DNA from: an uncultured cyanobacterium | Lineage (GTDB): Bacteria; Cyanobacteriota; Cyanobacteriia; PCC-9006; JAAUQQ01 | Length of the DNA: 64,000 nt | Assembly: GCA_963718615.1 (NCBI GenBank) | Contig: OY970368.1 | Location: 5,984,001-6,048,000, forward strand | Direction: 5' to 3' | In this document: piece by piece, positions 51,090-59,855 of the stretch | How positions within the stretch are numbered: position 1 is the stretch's first letter | How the letters are laid out: each line of letters starts with the position of its first letter | Position numbers and translations under genes: made by a program | The notes under the pieces: generated by a model | Told to the model about the DNA's origin: nothing | The model's input: only the letters and a program-made list of their open reading frames with translations | The model's database searches: none

Positions 51090-51234
51090 GTAGGTTGGTG
51101 TTGGACGAACGTGAAACCCAACAGCCTGAGGGAGGGCGATCGCAAAGGATCATGGATGACTCAATCATGATTTTCGTACGGGCGATTTCCCCCTTGCTTA
51201 AGCTTGTTGGGTTTCGTGCCTCAACCCAACCTAC
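51090..51234. repeat. REPIN 3 (unique, non-amplified spacer)
   Basis: GTAG arm 51090-51122; inverted arm 51206-51234. Confidence 0.9.
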
Positions 51235-51270
51235 GAGGGTTGATGTGTGGGTTAATTCATTATGATTTTC

Positions 51271-51813
51271 CTAGGGACGATCGCCTATGGGTGGCTCGAA
51301 ATGATGCGCAGGGGCAGCCCAACTGTGAGGATAATACCCTTGGTTGACATAGCGATGAAAACTAGAATAAGGCCAATCTTTAGGAGCCTTGACCCATCCA
51401 TGTTTGACCGGATTGTAATGAATGTAGTCTAGGTGATTTGCCAGATCCAATTCATCGCGAATACAATGCTCCCAAAAGCGCCGTTGCCATACATTTCGTT
51501 CTTGTTTACTCTGCCGAGACAGGGAAATCACTTCTGTAGACTCACGGGGATAATGGCGGCTGAAATGGCCTTTAATTAATCTCCAGCGAGTTGAAAAATT
51601 AGCATCACCCTCCGGTAACGTCCAAATGCAATGAAGATGATCAGGCAAAATGACAGCCGCATCAATGATGAAGGGATGCTTGGTGCGCACAGACCTAAAG
51701 GACTGACGGAGAATAGCAATATGCTCTGGATCTTGGAAAAGGGGGCGGCGATCGCTCGTTACCACCGTAAAAAAATAGGTTCCTCCAGAGACTTTGGCGC
51801 GACGGTATTGCAT
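51271..51813 (-). mobile_element. REP-associated tyrosine transposase (RAYT, IS200-like HUH)
   Basis: GGTYFFTVVT, VILPDHLHCIW (HUH), WQRRFWEH, YIHYNPVKHG, WPYSSF; flanked by GTAG REP doublets. Confidence 0.93.
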
Positions 51814-51867
51814 AAAGGCGATCGCAAAGGACTGCTCCTAAAATTCCCATTCAAAACCCCATAACCC

Positions 51868-52097
51868 GTAGGTTGGCGTTGAGCGTAGCGAAACCCAACG
51901 GTTTTGGGGGCGATCGCCGGGGTTGTTGGGTTTCATTATGGGGGTTTTTGGGGAGGGGCGATCGCAAGGGCTGTTGGGTTTCATTATGGGGGTTTTTGGG
52001 GAGGGGCGATCGCAAGGGCTGTTGGGTTTCATTATGGGGGTTTTTGGGGAGGGGCGATCGCAAGGGCTGTTGGGTTTCATTCTTCAACCCAACCTAC
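51868..52097. repeat. REPIN 4 with internal 48-bp tandem array (x3)
   Basis: Left REP 51868-51899; units start at 51925, 51973 and 52021; right REP 52069-52097 shares its first 13 nt with each unit. Confidence 0.92.
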
Positions 52098-52135
52098 AAT
52101 TGAGCTGTTGGTTTTTGTTTTTGGGGATCATCATC

Positions 52136-52939
52136 ATGGCGGAACTGACGATCAAACGCAGCATCAGAACGGCCCAATATTTCACCGAAGACTTAGGAAA
52201 CGGGGTTGGACTGGATATGGTGCTAATTCCCGGTGGAACCTTCCTGATGGGCTCCCCAGAAGACGAGCCAGAACGGTGGGACGATGAAGGTCCGCAGCAT
52301 GAGGTGACGGTGCCGAGCTTTTTCATGGGACGCTACCCGGTGACCCAAGCCCAATGGACAGCAATTGCCCAGAAGCGGAAGAGCAACCGCAAACTGGAAC
52401 TGGATCCATCAGGTTTCAAAGGGGCAGATCGCCCGGTCGAAAACATTGAGTGGGACGACGCCATGGAGTTTTGCGCTCGATTAAGCCGAGAGACGGGACG
52501 GGAATATCGTTTGCCGAGCGAAGCGGAATGGGAGTACGCCTGCCGAGCGGGGACGACAACACCGTTTCATTTTGGCGAAATGATCACGACCGAGCTAGCT
52601 AATTACAACGGTAGTGGCTACAACGGTGGCCCCGAAGGAGAATCTCGACAGGAGACAACCCCAGTGGGTAGCTTCCCAGCCAATGGATTTGGGCTCTGTG
52701 ACATGCATGGGAATGTCTGGGAATGGTGTGCAGATAACTGGCATAAAAACTATGAGAGAGCACCGGCGGATGGAAATGCTTGGTTAGACAAAGACTCTGG
52801 AATGTATGTACAACGCGGCGGCTCTTGGTTCTTCGCTCCCAGGATTTGCCGCTCCGCGTCCCGCGACGACTTCAGTCTCGCGCTCCGCAACAACGGTCTC
52901 GGTTTTCGAGTGATGTGTGTTTTGCCGAGGACTCCCTAG
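52136..52939 (+). CDS. Stand-alone FGE-sulfatase domain protein; putative DGR target 2
   Basis: ATG 52136 (MAELTIK); same FGE motifs as target 1 and identical C-terminus [12 protein letters not shown]. Confidence 0.9.
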   Translation: MAELTIKRSIRTAQYFTEDLGNGVGLDMVLIPGGTFLMGSPEDEPERWDDEGPQHEVTVPSFFMGRYPVTQAQWTAIAQKRKSNRKLELDPSGFKGADRPVENIEWDDAMEFCARLSRETGREYRLPSEAEWEYACRAGTTTPFHFGEMITTELANYNGSGYNGGPEGESRQETTPVGSFPANGFGLCDMHGNVWEWCADNWHKNYERAPADGNAWLDKDSGMYVQRGGSWFFAPRICRSASRDDFSLALRNNGLGFRVMCVLPRTP

Positions 52940-52998
52940 CCCTCTGCTCTTTTGCCCTCTTGCCCTTTTGGCTGCTGGCTGTTTCGCGCGCAGCGCGA
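52808..52998 (+). other. Putative DGR variable region + IMH-like tract + hairpin (target 2)
   Basis: Retains AAC AAC codons; shared 70-nt tract; TCGCGC-GCA-GCGCGA hairpin at 52984-52998. Confidence 0.75.
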
Positions 52999-53850
52999 TC
53001 AAATTTTCTGCCCCCCCAACACCCCATACACAATCGTCTTTTCCCGAAACCCCTGCTGCATCAACCGCACCGCAAACGCCCCCCGAACCGTCATCCAACC
53101 ACTCGTCAACACCCCCAAAATCGCCTGGGGACTCAGCGCCGACTCCAACACCACATCCCAAAACGGGGCCACCGCCTCCGACCAATCCGCCGTTTGCAAA
53201 TTTTCCAGGGGTAAGGTCTTGGCCATACTGGCATAATCCCCCAAGGAAACCACAAAAGGCAGATGATACAACTCATAGATTTCCTGCAACAGCCTCGTCT
53301 CCGCCGTTGTCAGCGCCGGTGGGAGCTCCCGATGACACCAGGTCGCCACGATCAGTTTCCCCCCCGGCCTCAGCACCCGACAACATTCCGCCAAAAACTG
53401 CTGCTTATCCGGCATGTGCTCCCCACTTTCCAGCGACCACACCAGATCAAAACTGGCATCGGCAAACGGCATTTCCAAGGCATTCTCCACCTGAAAATTG
53501 ACCCGGTGGGCAATCCCCGCCTCCGCCGCCCTGGCGCGCGCCCGCTGAGCTTGGGTCGGGCTCAGCGTAATGCCTGTGCCATCGGCCCCAAAGCGGCGAG
53601 CCAAATAGAGCGTGCTGCCCCCAATGCCACAGCCCACATCCAAAATCTCTTGCGCCTCCGTCACCCCCGCCCAACGGAGCAACGCTTCAATTAGGTCAAT
53701 TTGGGCCTGCCGCCGCTCCTTCGGCTCCTGGCCATCCGGGCCATAGTAGCCATGGTGCATGTGCTCACCCCAAACCTGCTCCCAGAGCCCCGAAGAGGCA
53801 TCATAAAACGCTTGGATGCGGCGGTAGAGTGCAGTCGTCGTTGCGGTCAT
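52999..53850 (-). CDS. Gamma-tocopherol methyltransferase-like SAM-dependent methyltransferase
   Basis: FYDASSGLWEQVWGEHMHHGYY, LDVGCGIGGS, WSLESGEHMPDK. Confidence 0.88.
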   Translation of the reverse strand: MTATTTALYRRIQAFYDASSGLWEQVWGEHMHHGYYGPDGQEPKERRQAQIDLIEALLRWAGVTEAQEILDVGCGIGGSTLYLARRFGADGTGITLSPTQAQRARARAAEAGIAHRVNFQVENALEMPFADASFDLVWSLESGEHMPDKQQFLAECCRVLRPGGKLIVATWCHRELPPALTTAETRLLQEIYELYHLPFVVSLGDYASMAKTLPLENLQTADWSEAVAPFWDVVLESALSPQAILGVLTSGWMTVRGAFAVRLMQQGFREKTIVYGVLGGQKI

Positions 53851-53947
53851 TGAGAGCCCCTTTAGATTGCCATGTTGTCCAGTATGCGCTACATCTCATC
53901 ATGGAAGATCTATCCGATGACGCTTGAAAGCGGGAATTGTGAGCGTT

Positions 53948-54433
53948 ATGGAGTTTCATGGCAAAGTGATTTTGGGGATTGATCCGGCGATCGCCTCCAT
54001 CGGTTACGCCGCCATTTGCGATGCCACCGTGATCGACTACGGCGTGATCAAAACCCCCGCCTCAGCCAATCTGTACGATCGCCTCAAACAAATTCATCTG
54101 GATATCTGCGAACTCTGTACGATCGTCAAACCCGAAATCGTCGCCCTAGAAATGCCCTTCTTTAGCCGCGAAAACACCAACGCCAACAAGGTTTTGCGAG
54201 CGCTAGGGGTGATTCAAATGGCCCTAGGGGATTCTGGATTGCCGGATCCGATTTTTCTGCACCAATCCCAGGTGAAATCCGCCGTGGCTCAGTATGGAGC
54301 CGATAAGGGGGAAATTCAACTGGCGGTGGCATTTTTGTTTAATTTGTCGTCTCCGCCCAGACCGGACGATGCGGCGGATGCTTTGGCGATCGCCTACGCC
54401 GCCCAGATCGGAATGCGGGCGAATGTGCGATAG
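53948..54433 (+). CDS. ruvC: Holliday junction resolvase RuvC
   Basis: ILGIDP...GY, ALEMPFF, VK...K, PDDAADALAIA. Confidence 0.88.
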   Translation: MEFHGKVILGIDPAIASIGYAAICDATVIDYGVIKTPASANLYDRLKQIHLDICELCTIVKPEIVALEMPFFSRENTNANKVLRALGVIQMALGDSGLPDPIFLHQSQVKSAVAQYGADKGEIQLAVAFLFNLSSPPRPDDAADALAIAYAAQIGMRANVR

Positions 54434-54464
54434 GGAAATCCGGTCATGGGACCCGAGGAGAAGC

Positions 54465-55391
54465 ATGAATCAAGGCTGGACCTACGAAGAACGCATTGAC
54501 CGAACCGCAGCAGGGCAAACGGTGCTGGCCTACTATGTTCAGCGCTATCGACATTCTGGGGAGGGGGAATGGCGATCGCGCATCGAGTCCCAGCAGGTTT
54601 TTCTAGACGGATTGCCCACGACCCCAGACCACCCCCTCCAGCGGGGTCAGGTGTTGACCTATCATCGTCCCCCCTGGCAAGAACCCGAGGTGCCGCTGGA
54701 CTTTGATCAGGTCTATGCAGATGAGGACCTATGGGTGATCAACAAACCCTCTGGACTTCCCGTTATGCCGGGAGGCGGGTTCTTGGAGAATACCTTGCTA
54801 GGACAACTGCAACGACAGTATCCCACGGATACACCCGTGCCGATTCATCGCTTGGGTCGAGGGACCTCGGGGTTGGTGTTGTTGGGGCGATCGCCCTTGG
54901 CAAAATCTGAATTGACGCGGCAAATGCGCGATCGCCAAATCCGCAAATTTTATCGAGCCCTCATACCAAGCTACAACGCAGCGGGTGAATTGTTTCCTCC
55001 ACAGCTGACGATTCAAACTCCCATCGGTAAAGTGCCCCATCCGACCTTAGGCGAGATCTTTGCCGCCACCCCAGCGGGTCGCTTTGCCCAGAGCGATTGC
55101 CAGGTGCTTCGGCAAGATGCGCAAACAACTCTGCTTGAAGTTGAAATTTTCACAGGACGCCCCCACCAAATTCGGATTCATCTCGCTGCTGTGGGCTATC
55201 CTCTCCTCGGGGATCCGCTCTACCAACCGGGCGGACAACCTCGACTCGTGGCGAATGCTCAAGGAAAACTCCCGACACCGGGTGATTGTGGCTATAAACT
55301 CCATGCCTTCCGACTCGTATTTCGCCATCCGCGCTCCCAACAGCCCTTGACCCTCGAATGCTTACCCCCCAGCTTGGAGTTGTTGTCGTAG
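54465..55391 (+). CDS. RluA family pseudouridine synthase
   Basis: INKPSGLPV, IHRLGRGTSG (Asp of HRLD replaced by Gly), TGRPHQIRIH, GDPLY; ATG 54465 inferred. Confidence 0.85.
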   Translation: MNQGWTYEERIDRTAAGQTVLAYYVQRYRHSGEGEWRSRIESQQVFLDGLPTTPDHPLQRGQVLTYHRPPWQEPEVPLDFDQVYADEDLWVINKPSGLPVMPGGGFLENTLLGQLQRQYPTDTPVPIHRLGRGTSGLVLLGRSPLAKSELTRQMRDRQIRKFYRALIPSYNAAGELFPPQLTIQTPIGKVPHPTLGEIFAATPAGRFAQSDCQVLRQDAQTTLLEVEIFTGRPHQIRIHLAAVGYPLLGDPLYQPGGQPRLVANAQGKLPTPGDCGYKLHAFRLVFRHPRSQQPLTLECLPPSLELLS

Positions 55392-56000
55392 GGCTCGCAG
55401 GGCACTGCTGGTATTTTGTTCACTGGCCCGTTGCATGGTTTCATGGATTAGAGTTTCTAGGAGAATTCCTGGGAAAAAACGACTATATTCCACGACCTGA
55501 TAGCCATCATTTTGAAATTGATAAATCTTAAGCTGTTTCCGTTCATAAAGCCAAACCTCAGGCACACCGTAGGGCACATAATCTTCGATGTCGGTGTAGC
55601 TAGTAACATCAATTTCAATGACTAAGTCTGGTGGTGGTTCAGTCTCCCAATCAATGCGTTCTTTCCCCGCAACCGCAACCCAATGGTCAATATAAAAACA
55701 ATAGTCCGGTTCCACACCTCGCACTTCCGGCAAATCCATCGTGATGGGCGTAAAAGCTTCGTAGTCTTGACCTTGGTTGTCTAGCAGGGCGATCGCAACC
55801 ATCGCAATTACATGAGCATCCCGGCCATGAACGGGTAACGGCGACATAAACAGAATTTCTCCGGGACGATATTTGATGCGGGGAAGTTGGCGATCGCCTA
55901 ACCGGTGAACCAGCTCCTGATAGTCCTGCCAAGTTCCAGGGGTACGCAGGACCGTGCCTGGGGGTAAGTGAATCTGCTCGGGTGTGACAACTGCATACAT
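55362..56000 (-). CDS. Uma2 family endonuclease
   Basis: EPDYCFYI, PPPDLVIEIDVTS, GVPEVW. Confidence 0.9.
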   Translation of the reverse strand: MYAVVTPEQIHLPPGTVLRTPGTWQDYQELVHRLGDRQLPRIKYRPGEILFMSPLPVHGRDAHVIAMVAIALLDNQGQDYEAFTPITMDLPEVRGVEPDYCFYIDHWVAVAGKERIDWETEPPPDLVIEIDVTSYTDIEDYVPYGVPEVWLYERKQLKIYQFQNDGYQVVEYSRFFPGILLETLIHETMQRASEQNTSSALRALRQQLQAGG

Positions 56001-56062
56001 GGGCCGGATCCTCTTCGCACAAATAGCCTTGTGGGTTGTTCTGTTGTCTGTATTTTACAGTC

Positions 56063-57709
56063 CTATTTTAACGTTGCAGCGGCAAGGCGACAGGCGCGGG
56101 TCGTGATTGCCATCATGGTCAGTGTGGGACTTTGCCAACCGGAAGAAACCCAGCAAGCGCCATCGGTCACGAGCAAATTGGGTGCAGCCCAGCATTGATT
56201 TTGAGCATTCAGCACTGAGTTGCTAGGGGAACTCCCCATGGGGGCACCCCCCACCTCATGGATATAAAATCCTGGGGGGGCTGCAAAGGCCATGGTCTCT
56301 TCCATCCGATGAATATAACTGCCTAAAACAGGCACATGATAGAGGTCTGTGAGGGCCATGGATTCTCCGCCTGCGCGCTTGATAATTTCCTCAATTTGTT
56401 GATTCATATGCTTGAGCATGCGCTGTTCATTGTCGGACCAAGCACAGCTAATATGAGGGGTTGGAATGCCCCAAGCATCGGTGAGATGGGGATTGAGGTG
56501 CATGTAGTTTTCATAACGCGGCAAAACTTCTCCATGGGCGATCAAAAAGCCGATTGCTCCTTTGCCAACCTTGCGCAAAAAACCAGGCAAATCCGATCGC
56601 TGAATCCCGCCCCAGATGCCATAGCCCCGCAGAAACTCCTGATCTTGCTGTTTCAAATTACAAAAATTGGGAATAAAGAAACTTTCACTACCTGACAAAT
56701 TAAAGGCTTGCTCTGGGGGTTCGACGCCGGGGATAAAAAAGAATCGGCAGGTGGAAACATGGTCCATCAAATTGTGCCCCAGTAATCCTGATTCATCGAC
56801 CCACCCTTCTGCTTGAAACGGCTGGGTGGAATGCAGAAGAATCCTGACGGATTCCAAGGTCGAGGCACAAAGAATCACTAGTTTTCCGAGGACTTCGTGA
56901 CGCTGTTTCGTCTGGCGATCGACAAAACAGACCCCCTGCGCTTTTTTATGATTGGGGTCATACAGGACATGACTCACGACGGCATTCGATTGCAGCGTAA
57001 CCTGACCAGTGGCCAATGCAACTTTGAGCGCAGCCCCCTGGCTGGAGGAAGCGGGCCAAGGTTTCTCCGCCGTGGCTTGATGGAGCGGAAAGCCTCGGGA
57101 AGGAATGAGTTTGCGATCGGGCCACCGTTGCTCAACCCTCTGTTTGAGCTGCTGTTCCGCCGGAGTTAAGGGAGCCGCCGTACGGTAGTGGCCATCGGGA
57201 AGTTGGGGAAGGCCGTTGCGATCGCCCTGCACCCCCAAAAACTGCTCCAATTCGCTGTAGTAAGGCGCTAGATCGGCATAGCCAATCGGCCAGTCCTGAC
57301 CCTGGCGATCGCGACTCGCCGCCTTAAATTCATAGTCTGATAAACGCAGCGTAATTCCTCCCCAGGTCAGACTTTTCCCCCCCACTTGTCGACCCCGCAT
57401 CCAGCAGTAGGGTTTGTCCGCAGGGGTGGTATAGGGATTCTCAATTTCGTCAGTAAACAGGTTAGGATTGGCCTTCCAGTAGCCGGGGTGGGCCGCCTGA
57501 ATCGATTGCCGCTGGGTGACAAAAAGGTTAGACAGTCGCTGGGCCATGGCAACTGGACCGTTACGCAAATCGTTAGGCGTTACATCCCGTCCGGCTTCGA
57601 GTACCAAGACCATTAATCCCTCTTCGGCTAGGGTCTTAGCGGCAATCCCGCCCGTTGCGCCGGAGCCCACAATAATAGCGTCGTAAACTTGATTGATGGT
57701 CGAGTTCAT
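56063..57709 (-). CDS. GMC family oxidoreductase
   Basis: IIVGSGATGG FAD motif, GRQVGGKS, HEVGGAPMG, NLLVTDGA, PTLTMMA. Confidence 0.92.
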   Translation of the reverse strand: MNSTINQVYDAIIVGSGATGGIAAKTLAEEGLMVLVLEAGRDVTPNDLRNGPVAMAQRLSNLFVTQRQSIQAAHPGYWKANPNLFTDEIENPYTTPADKPYCWMRGRQVGGKSLTWGGITLRLSDYEFKAASRDRQGQDWPIGYADLAPYYSELEQFLGVQGDRNGLPQLPDGHYRTAAPLTPAEQQLKQRVEQRWPDRKLIPSRGFPLHQATAEKPWPASSSQGAALKVALATGQVTLQSNAVVSHVLYDPNHKKAQGVCFVDRQTKQRHEVLGKLVILCASTLESVRILLHSTQPFQAEGWVDESGLLGHNLMDHVSTCRFFFIPGVEPPEQAFNLSGSESFFIPNFCNLKQQDQEFLRGYGIWGGIQRSDLPGFLRKVGKGAIGFLIAHGEVLPRYENYMHLNPHLTDAWGIPTPHISCAWSDNEQRMLKHMNQQIEEIIKRAGGESMALTDLYHVPVLGSYIHRMEETMAFAAPPGFYIHEVGGAPMGSSPSNSVLNAQNQCWAAPNLLVTDGACWVSSGWQSPTLTMMAITTRACRLAAATLK

Positions 57710-58317
57710 GGTTTGACTAGTCTAGTGTGGGTGTCATTGGGGGTGTGAATTGGGTGTGAATTGTGCAGTCGAATCAGGAAGCTATCCCGTCGATGAAAAT
57801 CTGCTTCCGGACCTCGATGGTTTAAGGCCCAATAACTTAGATTCTCCTGGGAATCTTGAATAATAGTTGTAATTCCGACTGTAATTACATCACTGGGCTG
57901 AATGATGGGGTCGAGGTCAAGATCAATCGAGAGTGTGAATGAGGTAGAGTCTACCCGTTGCACAGCAAAGGGTAAGCGAATCCAAGCCTTTTCTTCCTCC
58001 ATACCCTGTCGATAGTCTTCAAATCGGTAGATGTTCCAATGGCCAGCTGGTGAAAAGTTAAATTCCCAATAGCAAGGCCGATCTTCTAAACCGATAAAGA
58101 GCTCAAAACAAGTGCTTTGCCAAAGTTCATGGCGACGTTCGGGTGTTTTTGCCAGTGGTGGGATGGCGATCGCCCCTTGGAGATCATCTAAGTGATAGAT
58201 AAGCGATACTCCCTGTTGCGTTCGTTCGATCCTGCCCTCTAGGGAAATTGCAGGAGCTGTCGCCGGGGCAAACGGCTTGAGGTCAAACGACTTGAGGTCA
58301 AACGTGTACGCATTCAT
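57706..58317 (-). CDS. DOMON-like domain protein
   Basis: LWQSTCFELF, YWEFNFSPAGHW, YWAL...DFH. Confidence 0.8.
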   Translation of the reverse strand: MNAYTFDLKSFDLKPFAPATAPAISLEGRIERTQQGVSLIYHLDDLQGAIAIPPLAKTPERRHELWQSTCFELFIGLEDRPCYWEFNFSPAGHWNIYRFEDYRQGMEEEKAWIRLPFAVQRVDSTSFTLSIDLDLDPIIQPSDVITVGITTIIQDSQENLSYWALNHRGPEADFHRRDSFLIRLHNSHPIHTPNDTHTRLVKP

Positions 58318-58325
58318 AGAATGGT

Positions 58326-59483
58326 TTAGACTAGCACCGGTTGGAGACTTTGAATTAATCGCTGAAGGGTTTGAGCCTGAGCTTCAATACTCTGCACGAG
58401 CTGAAACTGAACCATCGCCCTTGCTAAGTTATGCTCAGGATACTTAACCTTAAAATAACGATTTCCTGCTAAATAGTCAGTCAAAAATCGTAATCCTAAC
58501 TCAAAGGTAATGAGCCGAATTGAATCAAACAAATAATCGTAATCTCCAGGGGTCAAAAAGTTTTGTGCAACGGACAAGTATCCTCGCAAAATAGCCTCGG
58601 CTAAATCCAGTTCAAATCGAACCGCATCCAATGCGTCGGTTTCTTCCCCCAGGGGATTGCAGCCCGATCGCAAACAATCGCCAATGTCATAATGCACTAA
58701 TCCTGGCTTCACCGTATCCAAATCAATCATGCTAACGGCTTGACCTGTGGTTTTATCCAGCATGACGTTATTAATTTTGGGGTCACCATGCATCAATCGG
58801 AGCGGTAATGCGCCCGCTTCTTTGGCGATTTCTAAGAGAGGGGCGATCGCCCGCCGCTTTTCCACAAATTTCAAACAACTTTTCACTTCTGCCGTTTGTT
58901 TAACCTGACTTTGTTCAACCTGACTTTGGGCCAATACCCGATCAAATTGGGCGAGATAGATCGGCGTAATATGAAATCCTGGCAGCGTATCGACTAAACG
59001 ACTAGCCGGTAAATCGCTAATCAAATTGTGAAACATGCCCAAACCGTAGCCGATTTCCTGGGCATGGTGAGTATCTTGAATTGTGTCTAAGGTGTGGGAC
59101 TGATCAATAAAGCTAAGGGCTCGCCAAAAGGACTGGTGAGTATCTTGATAATGATCCTGGTGCTGGCGGGTGAGCAACACTTGGGGGACTTCCCAGCGGC
59201 GGTTGTCGCTGAGCGGAGTGTAGGCGAGGCGATCGCGGACATGTTCAGTAAACACCCGCATATTTTGCATCACGCCTTGGGGATACTGAAAAATTTGAGT
59301 ATTGATGCGCTGTAAAATGAAATAGGGGTCTGGCGCACCATTGAGCAAGACCAAAAAAGTATCATTAATATTGCCGCTACCAAAGGGCTTAACCTGGGCA
59401 ACAGAGCCTTGGGTTGCGAATTGGTTGGCGATCGCCTCTAGGGATTCTGGACATGATTCTGACCTTAATGCTGACTCGCTCAT
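58326..59483 (-). CDS. Aminoglycoside-phosphotransferase-family kinase (N-acetylhexosamine 1-kinase-like)
   Basis: GSGNINDTF, LQRIN, HGDPKINN, IDLDTV, LRFLTDYL. Confidence 0.85.
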   Translation of the reverse strand: MSESALRSESCPESLEAIANQFATQGSVAQVKPFGSGNINDTFLVLLNGAPDPYFILQRINTQIFQYPQGVMQNMRVFTEHVRDRLAYTPLSDNRRWEVPQVLLTRQHQDHYQDTHQSFWRALSFIDQSHTLDTIQDTHHAQEIGYGLGMFHNLISDLPASRLVDTLPGFHITPIYLAQFDRVLAQSQVEQSQVKQTAEVKSCLKFVEKRRAIAPLLEIAKEAGALPLRLMHGDPKINNVMLDKTTGQAVSMIDLDTVKPGLVHYDIGDCLRSGCNPLGEETDALDAVRFELDLAEAILRGYLSVAQNFLTPGDYDYLFDSIRLITFELGLRFLTDYLAGNRYFKVKYPEHNLARAMVQFQLVQSIEAQAQTLQRLIQSLQPVLV

Positions 59484-59487
59484 AAAA

Positions 59488-59796
59488 CTATTGAAGGGCT
59501 CCCGACTGCCCGTACAGTTCATCCATTTTTTCCGCTAGGGCAACATCTAAATTACTGATGACATGCCCTAGGTCATAGGTGAGTAGCTCGACAGAAACCG
59601 TATCGTAGATATTTTGCCAAATGGGATGATGGCCCAGTTTCTCGGCTTCAATCCCGACTCGTACCATCCAGCCCATGGCTTCCACAAAATTGGCAAACTT
59701 AAATTGCTTGTGTAGTTTCCCTGCTTCAACAGTCCAGCCTGAAAGGCGAGCTAGGGCTGTTTGAATTTCTACAGAACTGAGTTGATATCCAGACAT
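59488..59796 (-). CDS. Pterin-4-alpha-carbinolamine dehydratase
   Basis: FKFANFVEAMGW...AEKLGHHP...SNLDVALA. Confidence 0.85.
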   Translation of the reverse strand: MSGYQLSSVEIQTALARLSGWTVEAGKLHKQFKFANFVEAMGWMVRVGIEAEKLGHHPIWQNIYDTVSVELLTYDLGHVISNLDVALAEKMDELYGQSGALQ

Positions 59797-59855
59797 TTCT
59801 GTTTCTCCAAGCGTAAGTCAACCGATGAGTTAGAGCCTTTTTGAGTTAGAGCCTT

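Noticed and set aside
50245-51170. ORFs of 282, 203, 86 and 84 aa with MALPVIHQP repeats
   Set aside because: They are by-products of a stop-free 26-bp repeat, with no evidence of a real gene.
51271-51813. Ordinary IS200/IS605 insertion sequence
   Set aside because: There is no tnpB, and the motifs and flanking GTAG REP doublets fit a RAYT.
51923-52135. N-terminal extension of the second FGE gene ([16 protein letters not shown] repeats)
   Set aside because: It is a translation of the 48-bp REPIN array; ATG 52136 is the more plausible start.
50400-52135. Local DGR template repeat or reverse transcriptase between the two targets
   Set aside because: I saw no AAC-rich copy of the VR and no RT (YxDD) ORF here or elsewhere in the window.
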